From Penicillus capitatus (lineage: Eukaryota > Plantae > Chlorophyta): 64,000 nucleotides of DNA. Of this stretch, positions 36,467-49,240 are shown in pieces (the first letter of the stretch is position 1; each line of letters starts with the position of its first letter). Made by a program: the position numbers and the translations under genes. The stretch is from contig OZ287704.1 in the NCBI GenBank assembly GCA_965649825.1, positions 468,201-532,200 on the forward strand, written 5' to 3'. The notes under the pieces were generated by a model that did not search any database, was not told the DNA's origin, and saw only the letters and a list, made by a program, of their open reading frames with translations.

Positions 36467-37576
36467 TCAAACTTGTGCAGAAGGATGTACTCGGCGATCC
36501 TTAGGAAGCTCTAGGTAGTAAAGCATAAATGAGATCAAGATGAAAACGCATACCCAAACTGGGACGACGATGGCACATGCCGCGGTCCCGCCCCAAATAG
36601 CGACTCCTGCCAACCACGGCAGACAAAACAGCGGAGCAAGGAGCAAAAACCCGAAAAACAGGCTAAAGTGCTGTCGGCAAATATTTGCCAAGTTAGCAAC
36701 AAATAAGGGAATTAACGTTTGTAAACTCATCACAAGAACGAAGCATATCACAATTTTTGTGCACCACCAAGCATTGTCAAAAAGAGAAACGGATGGCTGC
36801 CAGAAAAGAACACCGATCATTAGTAAGAAATAGAGTCCGAAGCCTCCTCCAACACCAACACCAATCTCAATGCTGCACCATCCACCGTAATGAGCAGCGC
36901 AGCGAATCATGGACCTCTCTTGGCATTCCCAGTGCTTGCAGAAAAGCTCTCCTCTTGTAAAACACTCGCAAACTGATGACGCGATCGCGAAGCTGGATGA
37001 GATGTTGCCCTTCCAGCGATAGCAATACTCTCCAGTGACGTCCTCCTCCAGACATTGATAGTCCTCTTTCTTAAGTTTAATTCTGGAGCTGTCCTCTCTG
37101 CACGACCACGCTGAACAGTATCGGCGATTCGGAGCTCGCGAGTGGCATGCACACGTCAAGGTGTTGTTGCCGACACTCGCACACCTACTATCTATTCGGC
37201 CGGCTGTGCAGTCGGTATGTTCGTCGACATCCGTCGTCGTGCACTCCCAGTGATCGCAACAGGCTCGGTCCGTTGCGGCAGTACAAGTGCAGTTGTCGTA
37301 TTCCCCCCTCTTTCCATTCCCATCCTGCATCGACCAGTGGCGACAGTGACTGCTCGCGTCTTCGAGACAGTCGTAAATTTTCGCTTTCGTGTTGCTGGCG
37401 GCGCGCCACAGACCGCCTCTGTAAACACCGGACTCTGTGTAATACCCGGCCACACGCTTCATGCGATTCCAGGACTGCAGACCTTCGTTCAAATCGTGAG
37501 CTGTCTCATTGGACTCTCTCAGTGCCGCAACAACGAAACAAGTCGCAATACAGAAGTAGTATACAGATGCAATCAT
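36467..37576 (-). CDS. Intronless Cys/Trp-rich extracellular protein with signal peptide and 3-4 C-terminal TM segments (369 aa)
   Basis: Hydrophobic N-terminus, repeated C..(Y/F/C)C-x2-W-x-C units, GVGVGGGFG-led TM segment followed by further hydrophobic helices. Paralog at 13405-14476. Confidence 0.8.
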   Translation of the reverse strand: MIASVYYFCIATCFVVAALRESNETAHDLNEGLQSWNRMKRVAGYYTESGVYRGGLWRAASNTKAKIYDCLEDASSHCRHWSMQDGNGKRGEYDNCTCTAATDRACCDHWECTTTDVDEHTDCTAGRIDSRCASVGNNTLTCACHSRAPNRRYCSAWSCREDSSRIKLKKEDYQCLEEDVTGEYCYRWKGNISSSFAIASSVCECFTRGELFCKHWECQERSMIRCAAHYGGWCSIEIGVGVGGGFGLYFLLMIGVLFWQPSVSLFDNAWWCTKIVICFVLVMSLQTLIPLFVANLANICRQHFSLFFGFLLLAPLFCLPWLAGVAIWGGTAACAIVVPVWVCVFILISFMLYYLELPKDRRVHPSAQV

Positions 37577-38627
37577 GGCTCAAAACGTGACGCTAAACAC
37601 GGACGGCGCTCGTGCACTGCTACCATGCAGCTCTCGTACAGCACAGATGATGTTATTTATACTTCTCAATCAGCGACGAATCGCGAAGATGACATGAACG
37701 TCGAATCTCAGATCGCGGTGATCGGAAAGCAGTTGCTGGCGACTTACCCGCGACAGTGCACGCGTCCGCGTCGATCGCAGATGGCCATCGAGATATTCGC
37801 ACTTCCTATCGCAGCTGCGGATTCCTTCCATCGACGTTCTCCAGAGGCCGCTGTGACGGTTCTTCGTTACGGACAGCGAAAAGCAATCACATCCTCGGAA
37901 TGTAATGGATGGTCTCGTTGGCGAGATCTGTCCATCGCCTGTATTACACTTTCGCCTCTTTCTGAAGAGTGCAAGAGACTAGGCAAGGTAAGATCTTACA
38001 CCGAAGAAGATTCGTTCGTATAAAGATCAATCGCTTTTATTATCTGGCGCTTCCCGCGATCAAAGAAACGATTTCGGCATTCGGATGCAAAGTACCCGCT
38101 CGACTGAATCTCGAGTGGGCTGACTCTCGTGTATTCGCCGGTCCGAGTTCGCCGTCCCCGCACGCTCGACAGCACTACGAGGATTCGACGAAGCTGCATC
38201 GGCAGTCGTGCCAACTGCGAGCTGCTACACATCCGTCCCGCTCTTCTGCTTCTGCTGAAACGCGACGGCCACTTCTTGGCCGTCTGCACACGGCATCAAA
38301 CGCGCAGCCGTAGCAGCAGCAACGCACACCGCCGTCGAACACGCCTTCGCTGCGAGTGACGAGACGAACACGAGAGAGCGAAGAAAGAAATGGTCTGTCG
38401 AAGCTCTCGGAAAGGCGATCGCATCGCCTCGGCGCCGCGAGAGGCAAACGATCCGAACGCCGCCTCGAACGCTGCCGACATTGCAGGCGCCGTCCCGTCC
38501 TACCTCGTTCTCACGGACGAGCCACACTAACGCTCGCGAATGCGTTGCGCGAGACGACGGAGGAACAGGTCGAAACGGCCGAAACCGATCAGCGATGTCG
38601 CCCACAGTCGGCGTTCGAGTACACTAA

Positions 38628-40232
38628 CTACTGTGTTTTGTCCAGTCCGACGCCGATGGTTGCCAGTCTCTCCGGCACGGGAGGATGCGAATAGTGGTAA
38701 GTCGAGTACCACGGATCCACGTTCAGCGATCCCTTGTTCGAGTTCTCCAGGGTGATCAGAGCCCGCCGCAGGGCAGGTCCCATGCCCAGGTTCACGGCGA
38801 AGTTGTCTGCCTGGAACTCGAACCTTCGGCTCAGCATGTTCTGGAAGAACTCCACGATCTGAGCACACACCGTCGCCTGGCTGGGAGCCGAGGTCCACTT
38901 CCGACGTCTCGCACCTCGTTCAAGGGAGCGCTGATGAACGAGAACAGCACGAAGGAGACGAAGGCGGGACGGTCTTCGGCAAACCCAAAGGACACGTAGA
39001 GATCGTCCGACGTGCGCACCAGACTGAAAAGGAGGAACTGAGTGAGGAGGAAGACCTGAACTATGACGAAGTTGCAGAGGTTGTGCGACAGCTTCCAGTG
39101 ACCTGGGAACAGAGGAGCTCTGCGCCTGCCGCAGTCCGCAGCGCGAGACGCACCGAGCTCGTGGGCCAGTACGGCCGTGATCTCGTCCTCGGTGCACTGT
39201 TCGATCAGGGTGTCGTACAGGACAATGCGCTTGTTGCCGAAGAGCCCGTACATGTACGCATTGGAGTGGCCGCTTCGCTTGGAACCGTCGACCTTGTACA
39301 GCTTCTTCAGCGGAAATCCCAGACGTGATGCCAGGGCCTCAATCCGATCTCTGAGCGATCCCTGTTGCGCGCACCCGGTCGCTCTGCGCAGCCAGAGGGG
39401 AGGGAGCCTTGACCTGATCGAGCGGCTCGAATCTGTTGAAGAGCGGGGCGATGGCGGTGGGATAGATCGTCATCATGAACAGACTCAGCACCAGGCAGAA
39501 CAGCCACAGGTAGACGGGCAGCCAGTGGTCCGAGTGCAGCAGAATCCAAGTGAAGCTTCCGACGATCGGCGGCAGAAAGATCGCGCCCAACATCCACTGC
39601 ACAGCAGGAGAGGGTCTCGCGCGATCGATCGACGGAGCGGGCATCCACCGTGGTCAGTATGTCGGAGACGAAGCCCTCCCCCGTTTGCTTGTTGAAGCCG
39701 TGGCTCTCCTCGAGAACGAAGGTCCGGTAGATGCTCCACGGTATGTCCAGGACGGAGGAGATCCACAGCAGCACGCCGATGTAGACAACCGTGCACGGGA
39801 TCTCTCCGGAAAAGGCCCTCGGCAGGTACAGCATCCGAGAGCGGACGAGCCTCCACGCGAGGGGAAGCCATTCGCAGTAGAGCACCAGACACGTCTGGAA
39901 CACGGAGCAGAATCCGTAAACGATGTTGAACCACCTGCGAGACGTTCCTCCAAGCAACAGACGTCGGATGCCGTGACTTGCCATTTGTCGATGGAATAGG
40001 AACGGGACTTCTGGAAGGTCTCTTGCGAGAAGACGGATGCGATCGACTCTGGCAGGTAGGTGCGCCGAATCGCCTAGAGATCTTCACTCGAGACAGAGTC
40101 CGAGACCGCGGGAGTGTTCTTTACGCGGTACTGACGCAGGTCGAGGTAGGTGTGGAGAACGTAGACAGCGACGGTGAACTCCAAGACGAGAGACGCATAG
40201 GGAACAATCGTTCCCGACTCAGACGCCGTCAT
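38628..40232 (-). CDS. STE24: CAAX prenyl protease 1 (Ste24/FACE1, M48 zinc metalloprotease), 7 exons
   Basis: YLDLRQY, KSRSYSIDK, F.LEE.HGFNKQT, IYPT.IAPLFNRF.PL, DGSKRSGHSNAYMYG...KRIVLYDTL, AHELGHW (HExxH), SRRFEFQAD and YHYSHPP..ERL. Exon 1 is 40232-40125. One GC-AG intron at 39981-39935. Confidence 0.96.
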
Positions 40233-40343
40233 GTGGCTGCACTGTCACGACACTCGGGAGAGCGGAACGAAAGGAAACGCTCGATGGTGACACAGACGTC
40301 TTGTCATGCAATTCCTCCGCCATAGAAGACAATACGACGACGT

Positions 40344-42448
40344 TCAGAAACGCAGCTGCACGAGAGTCTGCTGCAGAGCATCGAACTCTTCTGTTTCCTG
40401 AGCAGTGTAGCATTCGATGCAAGGCATATTCTGGAGTCCTTTGCTCTTCCATTGCCAGATGATCTGTCACGACTGACAACGTTCTTTCATGACAACATTT
40501 GTGCACTTGCCTTTGCAAAATTCCGAAACGTCAGCCGAACACGTCGCTCTCACACCGCAAAGGAAGAACACATTTAAGGCTTCAGCGTGACCACTAGCTG
40601 CGGCTTGATGAATCGCTGTCCATCCGTCGGTCTGCTGAGCATCGACATCGGCACCGGCTTCCAGAAGAGTCTGTAGAAGGATCTGTGTTGCGACAGACCG
40701 AGCAACTCTGTATCTAAACGTCACTTCAATGATGTCGATGTATCCAAAAACGCGGCTGCTCAAGTAGGGTTCTTTAATTGCCGGTGGCAACTTCTGTTAG
40801 CGCACCCATCTCGATGAGGGCCTTCAGTCAGCAACAGTTTTCGAAGTCGGATCAGAAGTTGGCGGGAAGTTGACGCAGTGCAGCCTAGAATTGTTCAGGA
40901 GGCGTATGTAAGAAAAACGCAAGATCTCCCAACCGTCCGACATGACAGGATGCAGCACTGTAGATGTCACGTCGCGGACCTTGGTATTCTCAAGAGCGTT
41001 GTTAGCAGCGGCCTAATGCAACAGAGTGCAGCATATGTCTATCTGGTAGCCCTTTACGGTGACACTCTCATCAAGTTCACTGTCGACATCCAGGCCCTCC
41101 AAGACAAGCGCCATGGCATCCGTCGCATCATCTTCTTTGAATGGCAGACTTCATCTTCCATTCCGACAGACACACCGAACGAGTACACAGAGTTCTGCTT
41201 CGGCCAACTTACGGTAAGCATCTCAGAGGGCGACAGCAACTCGTATACTTTGCGCTTTCTAGCCATCTCCCTCGCTTCTCCTTTCCTTCGAAGCTATACT
41301 CATGTCCATCATGGTGTTGGCAAGAAGTGTTTGCCAAAGTCTCGTTCACCTTCGATCGACGTTCGATTGTTTCTTCGATCTAATCGAGAGTGTAATCGAC
41401 GCTTGTGTAGACAGCGGGTTCAAACCTACTGCGCTGGTCGGCTTCGTCATCTGCGTTTCCGTAAGACGTGATCCTGACGACCATGTCCAGGCTCGGATTT
41501 CCCTTTTTGATGCCTCTTCAGAGAATCTGTCTACAGCAAAGGCCCGCCTGCATCTCCTGCCGCGGCAAGTCGCGTGTGAATGATGGGTAAACGACGCAGA
41601 AACGATGAAATGCATTGCCTTTATATGTGTCTTGGTCCAGACCGTCGGGGCAGATCCAGCCGTCTGCGTCCGTCATACTGGGTGGCAGATCACAGTGTTT
41701 TTGTTCGACGATCGCCAATCGATCAGTAATGCAGCAGTGTTCTTGCGACAGCAGTAGATTCGGTCATACCCCAACCGGCGACCGCCGTATAATCTCCAGC
41801 GATGACGGTAACGTCGCCCGTTCCAACTTGGTCGTGTCGGACTCTTCGCTTTTTCGTTTAACCCTATCTGGCACTCGATGTCGCATCTGTCTGCCACATC
41901 GCCTATTCAATTGCGGTCGGTGGACGTATCCTTCGACCGCATCAAACACCTAAAAGGACCCGGACGGTGCAGCATCGCAAATCGGAGCTCATCTGTCACT
42001 CGTCTTATCGGAATCGATGTCGTCGACTTTGTGAATGCCTCAGTAGACAAGGGGTCAGTCAGCCCGGTCGACCCTCCAATTCTATTGTCCACGCAAAGAG
42101 TTGCCGTCAGAATCCAGTCCTGTCGGATGAGCGTCGCGCTACACACGTGCGTTCGACGGCTGCGCCTTCGTAAGCTGTGAATGTAGAAATACCGCCCGAA
42201 CGGTGCCTTATTTCTCCCTGTCCATCATCTGTAGAACCAACGAACAGACGAACATGCAAGAAAGCAACGCGACATGCCGTTTATCATGATGTTCTGGTCG
42301 GTGTTGAGATCGTGAACGTCGCGCTCATCGTTTTCTGCCAAGCACAGGGGTTTCTTGAATGCCGAAGAGCGGTTTCGCATTTTTTCCCTACCGTGGCTAC
42401 CGCAGGCAACGGCAGAGCGAACAGCAACATGCACAGCGGCAAGTACAT
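40344..42448 (-). pseudogene. Signal peptide + trypsin-like (S1) domain + ankyrin repeats, with multiple nonsense codons
   Basis: MYLPLCMLLFALPL.., CSATLIRQDWILTATLCV, QDTYKG|GDAGGPLL*, ITSYG..PAVYTSV..LD*I, TLLH*AAANN, LLEAGADVDAQQTDGWTAIHQAAASGH. TAG at 41533, 41382 and 41015. Confidence 0.78.
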
Positions 42449-45400
42449 GCGAGCTGATATCGTGTTCGTTGACCAACACGAGTGCGACGCTGAAGCTGAA
42501 GGGACGAACGTGTTCAACGCGGAATGCGACTATACTGTCTCTGGAATCATTTTATAGCGAGACGGCCACATGATGACTTGGCGATTCTGCACCGCAGCGA
42601 ACCTACGAATTCCGGGCTAGATGCAGAACACACAAAACGGAAGCACATTTAGAAGCAGACAAAACGAACTTGTTGGAATCGACCGGCAACGCGTAAGATG
42701 CGCATCTGGTTGCAATACAGAATCCCGTCCGTACTCGATGTTTATTTATCTCTATCGACAGGCTGCAGATCGCTGGAACGCAGTTGCGCATTCAGACATT
42801 TTCTCTTAACTCGTTTGCTCCTCTCGCGATTCATGTCAGTTTCTCTTGCTTGTGCGTGTCCATTTCTCGACGTGATGTGTGTGGTCAAGCGAAGACTCGA
42901 GAAAGGCAGAAGTTTTCACATCATCTGTCGAGGGAGGAGAAGACAGTCGCTCATGACGCCTGAGGTGATCGCTACAAAGCGACCGACAGTGAAGACGTCG
43001 ATGGATTCGCCGTCAGAGAACGGCGCACAGACTTATGAAAGTCATCGTCCACAAGATCCAGAGAGAAACCCGTTGTCGAAGTTCGCTCCTCGGATCGACT
43101 GCGTATCGGCTATACTCGATGTGACTTCTGTGGCGACAAATGAGACCTCAGTTTGAAACAGGGTGTCCTGCACCGATCGAATCTTTTTCACAAATGGCAG
43201 ACAGTGTGCAGACTTCATTTCAACATCTTACTCCTCTGTAACGCCATCATCTCGCAGTACTGAGCTTTCACCGAGAATTCGATTCTCTCCATAAGAGCAC
43301 CAAACAAAGGAATTGAACGAATCTACCATCCATGAACACGGCCGACAGAGATCAAACCGTAGGACGAGCGTTCGTTCATCTACGAACGCGTCTCGATAAC
43401 CCGCCGACCGCTCACGAAAGCAATGGACTTCGCTTCTTGAAAACAGGTAAAGGATAAAGATTGCATGCTGTCATGTGTGAAGACGGGACTAAGACACAGA
43501 AGAGAGTGTTCGTCTGATTTATCCTTTCTTTACGATTCCTGCGTCCTGTCTCGCTTGCTGGATGTGACGTTTCCGTGTTGGTCGCTCGCGGCACTTGAGT
43601 CTTTAAGCCGATTTATTATTATGCCCTTGTTCCTCTTTCGCAGGGTTTGGAAGCTCCTCTAGCGAAGCTCGGCAACGACATGATGTCACACTCGCAAAGA
43701 CTCCTCAAGCTTCTTATTGTCTGGTCATCGGCGTCCGTTGCGCTTTTCACGACCAAGCGCGTTCTCTTCAGCGCTGTCTGCAAAGCGGTTGACCATGTAT
43801 GTCAACACTCTCAAAAGTTCAGGTCGAGAGACAGACAGCATTTCGGCGTCCTAACTCCAACAACAGCTTCCTGTCTCTTGTCGACTGCAACTCCATGAGC
43901 GAGCGACGTGAAATGACAGACATGACATCAATAGTGCCTTAATCCAAAGCTTCGGATTTGATTACTAACGACTTCGCATTCACAACCAGGACTGGAGCTT
44001 CTTTTGCGGTGCGACTTAAAATATCGGACGTCGCGTCTCTCCTCTCTCAAGGGTAATCGGCAGAATTAGGATGCTGGTAGATAGACGCCATCCAGAACGC
44101 TACACATTACGCTCTTCTCTTCCGACTTCCTTCCATCATGGCAATCATCTGGTAAGCTATGAATTGTTCCAGAAATCGTTCATGTCCAAGAGAAGAGCAT
44201 TCCGCTATCAGTTCTGAATGCGAGGGATAAGAGACACATTCGTCGAATGCGTCCATCGCGAATCGTCGAACCACTTCAACTCCTGCCCCTCTGCAGAACG
44301 CATAGAGCAAGGAACACACGACACGACAAATTGACCGCTTAGTTATCGTCGGTTTTGTCTCAAACCTCAATTCTCCTTCACGTCCGCTTCTCTCTAGACA
44401 AGAAGGCGACGAACCTCCTTCTCGGCCCTTTCTTTATGTTTCCGAAACTGCACCTGTTGACTATCTTTTCCGGTGGAATCTTCGCCGACTTCTGTCTTTC
44501 GTTGAGTTCCAGGCAGAGCTGCGAGAGACACACCTACCCATCCACCCCGCAAACGCCTTACGCGTTCGCCACATATTCAACAATCGTTCCAAATGTGGAG
44601 CGTCGTCACAGGGACAAATCTCAGCAGATAGACGCGATCGTATCCATAAGCTTGAGTGTCTTGCAGAGAGAGCTCTTTCTTTCTCAGCAAGTGAACGCTA
44701 TCTCCGAGCGATATCAGCAGCGATCTCCTTTAAGAGATGCCATTCTTGAGCGACCTTATATTCGGTAAAGTCCACCCCGGAAAACGACACAAGAGACAAA
44801 AAAACAGGCATTTCCGTTCACCTACCCCTCTCTATCTTTAGTCATTCAATCTGAGCCATAACTTACTTGCTCGCGACCTTTTATCCGATTCCTGTACATT
44901 CGAACCGCTCGGTCGGCCTCGTTTTATGTTTCTCGTTGTGGCTTTCTAATTGTTTGCTCCAGCATTTGATTTCTTAGAACAACGAACGCACATGGCACAC
45001 ATAAAGGAATCAGCATAGCCCACCGCGTACAAATCCGAATGCTCTCAGTTCGTAATCAATCTCTGCTGACAGAAATACAAAGCCTTTGGTAAAAAAAGTC
45101 ACTTGCGATGCGACGTAGGCAATCAGTCAGCTGTCAGGTCAACTGTTTGCATTCTTATACTTTCGCTTTGCGTTCAGTCAAATATAGACGAAGTCGATGG
45201 AGAAGAAGGGAAAGATGTTGCAGACGAGGGCAAGTAAAAGCGTTTATATGCACACGGCGAAAGAGAAACGTTGTGGAACACGATCTGGACAGTCGATGTG
45301 CAACGCACCGAGGCAAGGATGCGAGGAGCTGACACAGGCTGTCACTTCAAACTACTTTTCAAAGACCGTTTTAATGTATAGTGGCGATACAGGCAAACGA

Positions 45401-45951
45401 AAACATCTATTTATTAGAAACGTCAAACACATCCGGAATAACAGCCTTGTGTATACCTGTACTTAACCAAAAAACTGCCACACCCTAGGATCTCTCGACA
45501 GTCCGGCCAATCAGTACAGAAAGACGACGCAGTGAAAAATGACAATTCGCGGAAAACGCATTCTTGAAGAAGGTCGTTGTGGCTATCACGTAGACGCAGA
45601 AGAGCACAATGGCGGTACTCTGCACGCCTGACCCGATCCACACACCTGCCAATGATCTGTATCAAATGAACAACCACAAGAAGGAGAGATTGCCTTGAGA
45701 CAGATGATTCATACGTCGAAGTACAGAAGACAGTCGACACGGCAACACAGAGCCATCTGTTTCGTACACTTAAGACGCGATCTGCCACATTCTTTGTCAC
45801 TCTTATCGCCATGTAGAACGAAGTGCGATGCGCTGCCGGGATGACACGGTCGGCACTCGAGAACGTCGTGCGTCCGTCGAATCGTTCAGTACGGTAGCCG
45901 CGACCGAGGACAGGTGAGAAAAATAGAACGTATGAATGAAATTAAAGCTAA

Positions 45952-48469
45952 TCATTTAACCCGACGGTCCGGTTTCTCCAGAAGAGTGATTTTGACGATA
46001 AGGGTTAACCAGCCGTCCTTCACAAAACCGAGCTTTTCGTCCTCCACTTCAAAAAAGCTCAGCGACTGATTGAGCGATTCATAGCACTCTGTGTTAATCA
46101 CCACCTCTTTTTCTATTGAACATTTGTTAGCGGACGAAGCTAGCTGCGGCGCACTACCATGAATTTTTCCCTCAATTGGTTGTGGGTACTTGATAACAAG
46201 GAGTTCGACGAGGGCACGAACGTTTTCCTTCGACCAATTGGCGATAGACAGCTTCGTGCTTTTCATATCAGACTCAGAATTGAGAGAATGAAGTTCCAAC
46301 GTTCTGCTCAATGCAAACGGCTCAAGAGATGAAAGTCGAAGAAATAAGGGCGAGTAGATACGTGCTTACATCGGGGTGTCATTGATCCAGATTTTCTCTG
46401 AAATCATGCGACCAGGATTCAATTGTGCATATCTCACTTTCCACTAGAACACAGCTTCAGTTCGGGAAGAAATGAGGAGGTTAAGCATACTATGCATCTG
46501 GCAGTCTTTCTATAAGTGGAACACTTGAAGTTCTCATTGTCCTGGTTAGGAAATCTCAAATCTATGCGAACAAGAAAAAAATCGTGTTTCAGGAACCCAG
46601 AGGATGAGTCCATGAGGTCCTTGACGGTGCACAAGGTAGACTTTCCAATGAATCTCTCAGGGTGTGTTGTAAAACGGCAACCTTCAGCAGATACATCGAC
46701 ACGTGAAAGGTTGAAGTATATGCAGAAACGCCAGCTTACTGTATGTCTTGTTTTTTGTCGCGTCTTCGAAGTTGATGACCTTCGTGGTGGAGTGAACCCA
46801 AACCTCTGATCCTTGCGTAGAGCGGAAGAAAATGCCGATATCTCCATTCCTTGCCCTTCTGACGTTGAACTCCCTGGCTGACAGCAGGACATTGACGGAC
46901 ATGACAGAATCCAGAGTTACCATATGTGATCGTTTATCTTGAAAGACTTAGAGAACAGTCCCTTCGGATTCTCCAACAGAGACCGGTGCACACAGCACTG
47001 GGAAAGACTACCAGTTTGCGATGAGAAGGGAAGCAGGCTGAATTACCTCGTAGTAGGCGTACCACTTGGACTTGGCGAGCAGAAAGGCATGCTCAACACC
47101 GTTATCGACACCAGTACCCTCTGCATTTCAAGCACATCTCAGAAAGAGCGGAGCAGAAAGCAGACATCGACTTTCGATCTGCACACTTAGCGCGTCGTCG
47201 ATGGCCAGAGAGCTTCCTTCTTTCTCTTCCACCTCTCTTCTTTGGCGAAGCATCTCCAGCGCGAACTGTCTGCAGCTCATGAAAGAGATCCTTGCGCACA
47301 GTGTGATCCAGCCATCTTGCACGAAGCCACTTGTCTTGTCTTCAAGCTCGCTCTCCTTTGCGAGATGAATCCAGTCCGTCTGGGATCCCGGGCCACGTAG
47401 ATAGAGCATCTCTGCGAGCAAAACAGGACTCATCAGAGCGAGAGAGAGGCAGAAAATGGTATCACCAAGAGAAGAGCTGGCTCCAGCGGATTCGCGGTTC
47501 AGGATAGAGCACAACAAGCGTCCGTAGAGGGGACTGCCTCCCATGTGTTGCATCGACAGATCCAGGTCTGTCGAATCAGAAGTCGATCTATGCGATCGGA
47601 CTGCCAACTTCCTGTGTGGCCGGCCGTCAAACAAGAGGAACAACTGCGAGTGCCGCGGTTCTTACAGTGTGCAGCCGCCCGTGTTGAGGAACTCTGTCAG
47701 AATGGATGGACTCATCTGTTTGAGGTGTCTCAGCTTCCACTGTGGTACACAAAATATATGCCAAAGAGAGAGAGGCGAGGAGGAGAGACAACCTCGCACA
47801 CAGCGTCCCCTCCCTGGAAGGAGAGCTTCCAAAGCTCGCTCTCCTGACATCGGATTCTCAGTTCCAGGCGCAGCGTGAAGTAGTCGCCGTTAAGGAAACG
47901 TGTGCATCGATTCTTGACGTCATCGATTCTCGCCATGTCACGAATTCCCTGCCGACGATCAAACGGACGGAAGACACAAGTGACATCTAGACAAGGAAAA
48001 GAGACAGTTCAGAAGATTGAGGAGGTCAGCTGATTCTCTTCTGGCAACTTTCGCAGATGTTTTGCTTCTCGTCCTCCCAGTTGACGAGAGTCAGAGAGAA
48101 GTAAGCCTTGACCACTCTCCAGTTCCGAGAACAGAGACAAGTTCTAAGGTTCCCTGTTGCCGAGTTCTCGACTTCGATGCACCTTCATCACAGAAGACGA
48201 ACACGAGTACTCTGAGATGTTCATTGTGTCCTCCCTTACCAATGATGGCCATTGACTTCGAAGTTACACGAAAACATTCTCGTGTTCTTCTTCTCCAAAA
48301 AAGAGTGATGCACACGCCACTAGCAGAATGCATCACGTAACGATTTCAACGAGTCTGGAGACCTTACTTCGTAAGTCGCGTACCACGCATGCTTCTTCAA
48401 CGTATAAGCGTGGGGGATGCCTCTCGAAATTTGACTGGACGACCTCCAGACTGGCTTCGTGGGTGTCAT
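45952..48469 (-). CDS. Four-MATH protein, copy 2, with a replaced N-terminus
   Basis: Direct paralog of 30889-33368 with a similar exon layout. The stops I checked fall in introns. The only nearby in-frame ATG is at 48469, inside the adjacent Pmp fragment. Confidence 0.68.
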
Positions 48470-49240
48470 TGACGCATACGGCGCCTCACGAGAACTAAGC
48501 TTCGTTCTGTTTGAAAGCGCACTTTCTAAAAACCAGGTCGATATCCCGTGCGAAAACGGCTCCTCCGTGTGCGGCGCGATTGCGTTGGAAATGACAAGAG
48601 TCGAACCGGACCAGAGATCGAACGCACGAGGATCCTCGACACGCCTCTGCGTGTACGGCGCCTCCCAAGGTCGTAACCGCAAGATCGCCGTTGTCGACGA
48701 AACGGACGCGCTCGAAGCCGATCGTTGACACGCGCCGCCTGTCTTCGGTTTGCCTGCCCTCGACGATGACCGCGGAGTGATCGTGGCACCCAGTGAGGGT
48801 CACACGCGAGATAACAACCTTTCTTCCCCTGCAACCACATACTCGTACAGTGCCTGACTGTCGCGGACACGCGTCTGCCTCATGACGATGGCACTCTGGT
48901 GGCCGTCACCCGGACAACGCAGGATCGTGTCCCTCCTTCGCGATCCTTCGATGCTGACACTTTTGGCATCGACGGACAGCGTTTTCGTGAGCGACACGTC
49001 AGTCGCGTCCACGATGATACGCGCTCCGTCCTCAAGTCCTCGGACAGCGTCTTGGAGCTCCTTCTCGGTAGCGACGACGGTCACTTCTCTGCCACTTCGC
49101 ACTTTGGTCCTTCGATTCTGACCCAGGACTAAGAGCGAAACCGATTGCCCCGTGCTCTACGAACCTCGTCCGTCTCTACCTCCGAAATTTTCGAACGACA
49201 AGAAGACGACGGCGATGGCGATGGAGAGACGCCTCCACAT
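48423..49240 (-). pseudogene. 5' fragment of a secreted Pmp/pectin-lyase-repeat gene, truncated at the MATH junction
   Basis: MWRRLSIAIAVVFL (signal peptide), ELQDAV..GARI..VSLTKTL.V, LGGAVH, FQRNRAAHGGAVF, FKQNEA*FS*GAV. Two stops follow, then the sequence switches abruptly to the MATH gene. Confidence 0.72.

Noticed and set aside
40344-48500. TAG/TAA-to-Gln recoding (known in some ulvophyte orders) as an explanation for in-frame TAGs
   Set aside because: rpl17 ends in TAA, and RCC1-A and tig end in TAG, at their expected C-termini. The internal TAGs align with both Gln and Trp positions, consistent with single transitions in pseudogenes.
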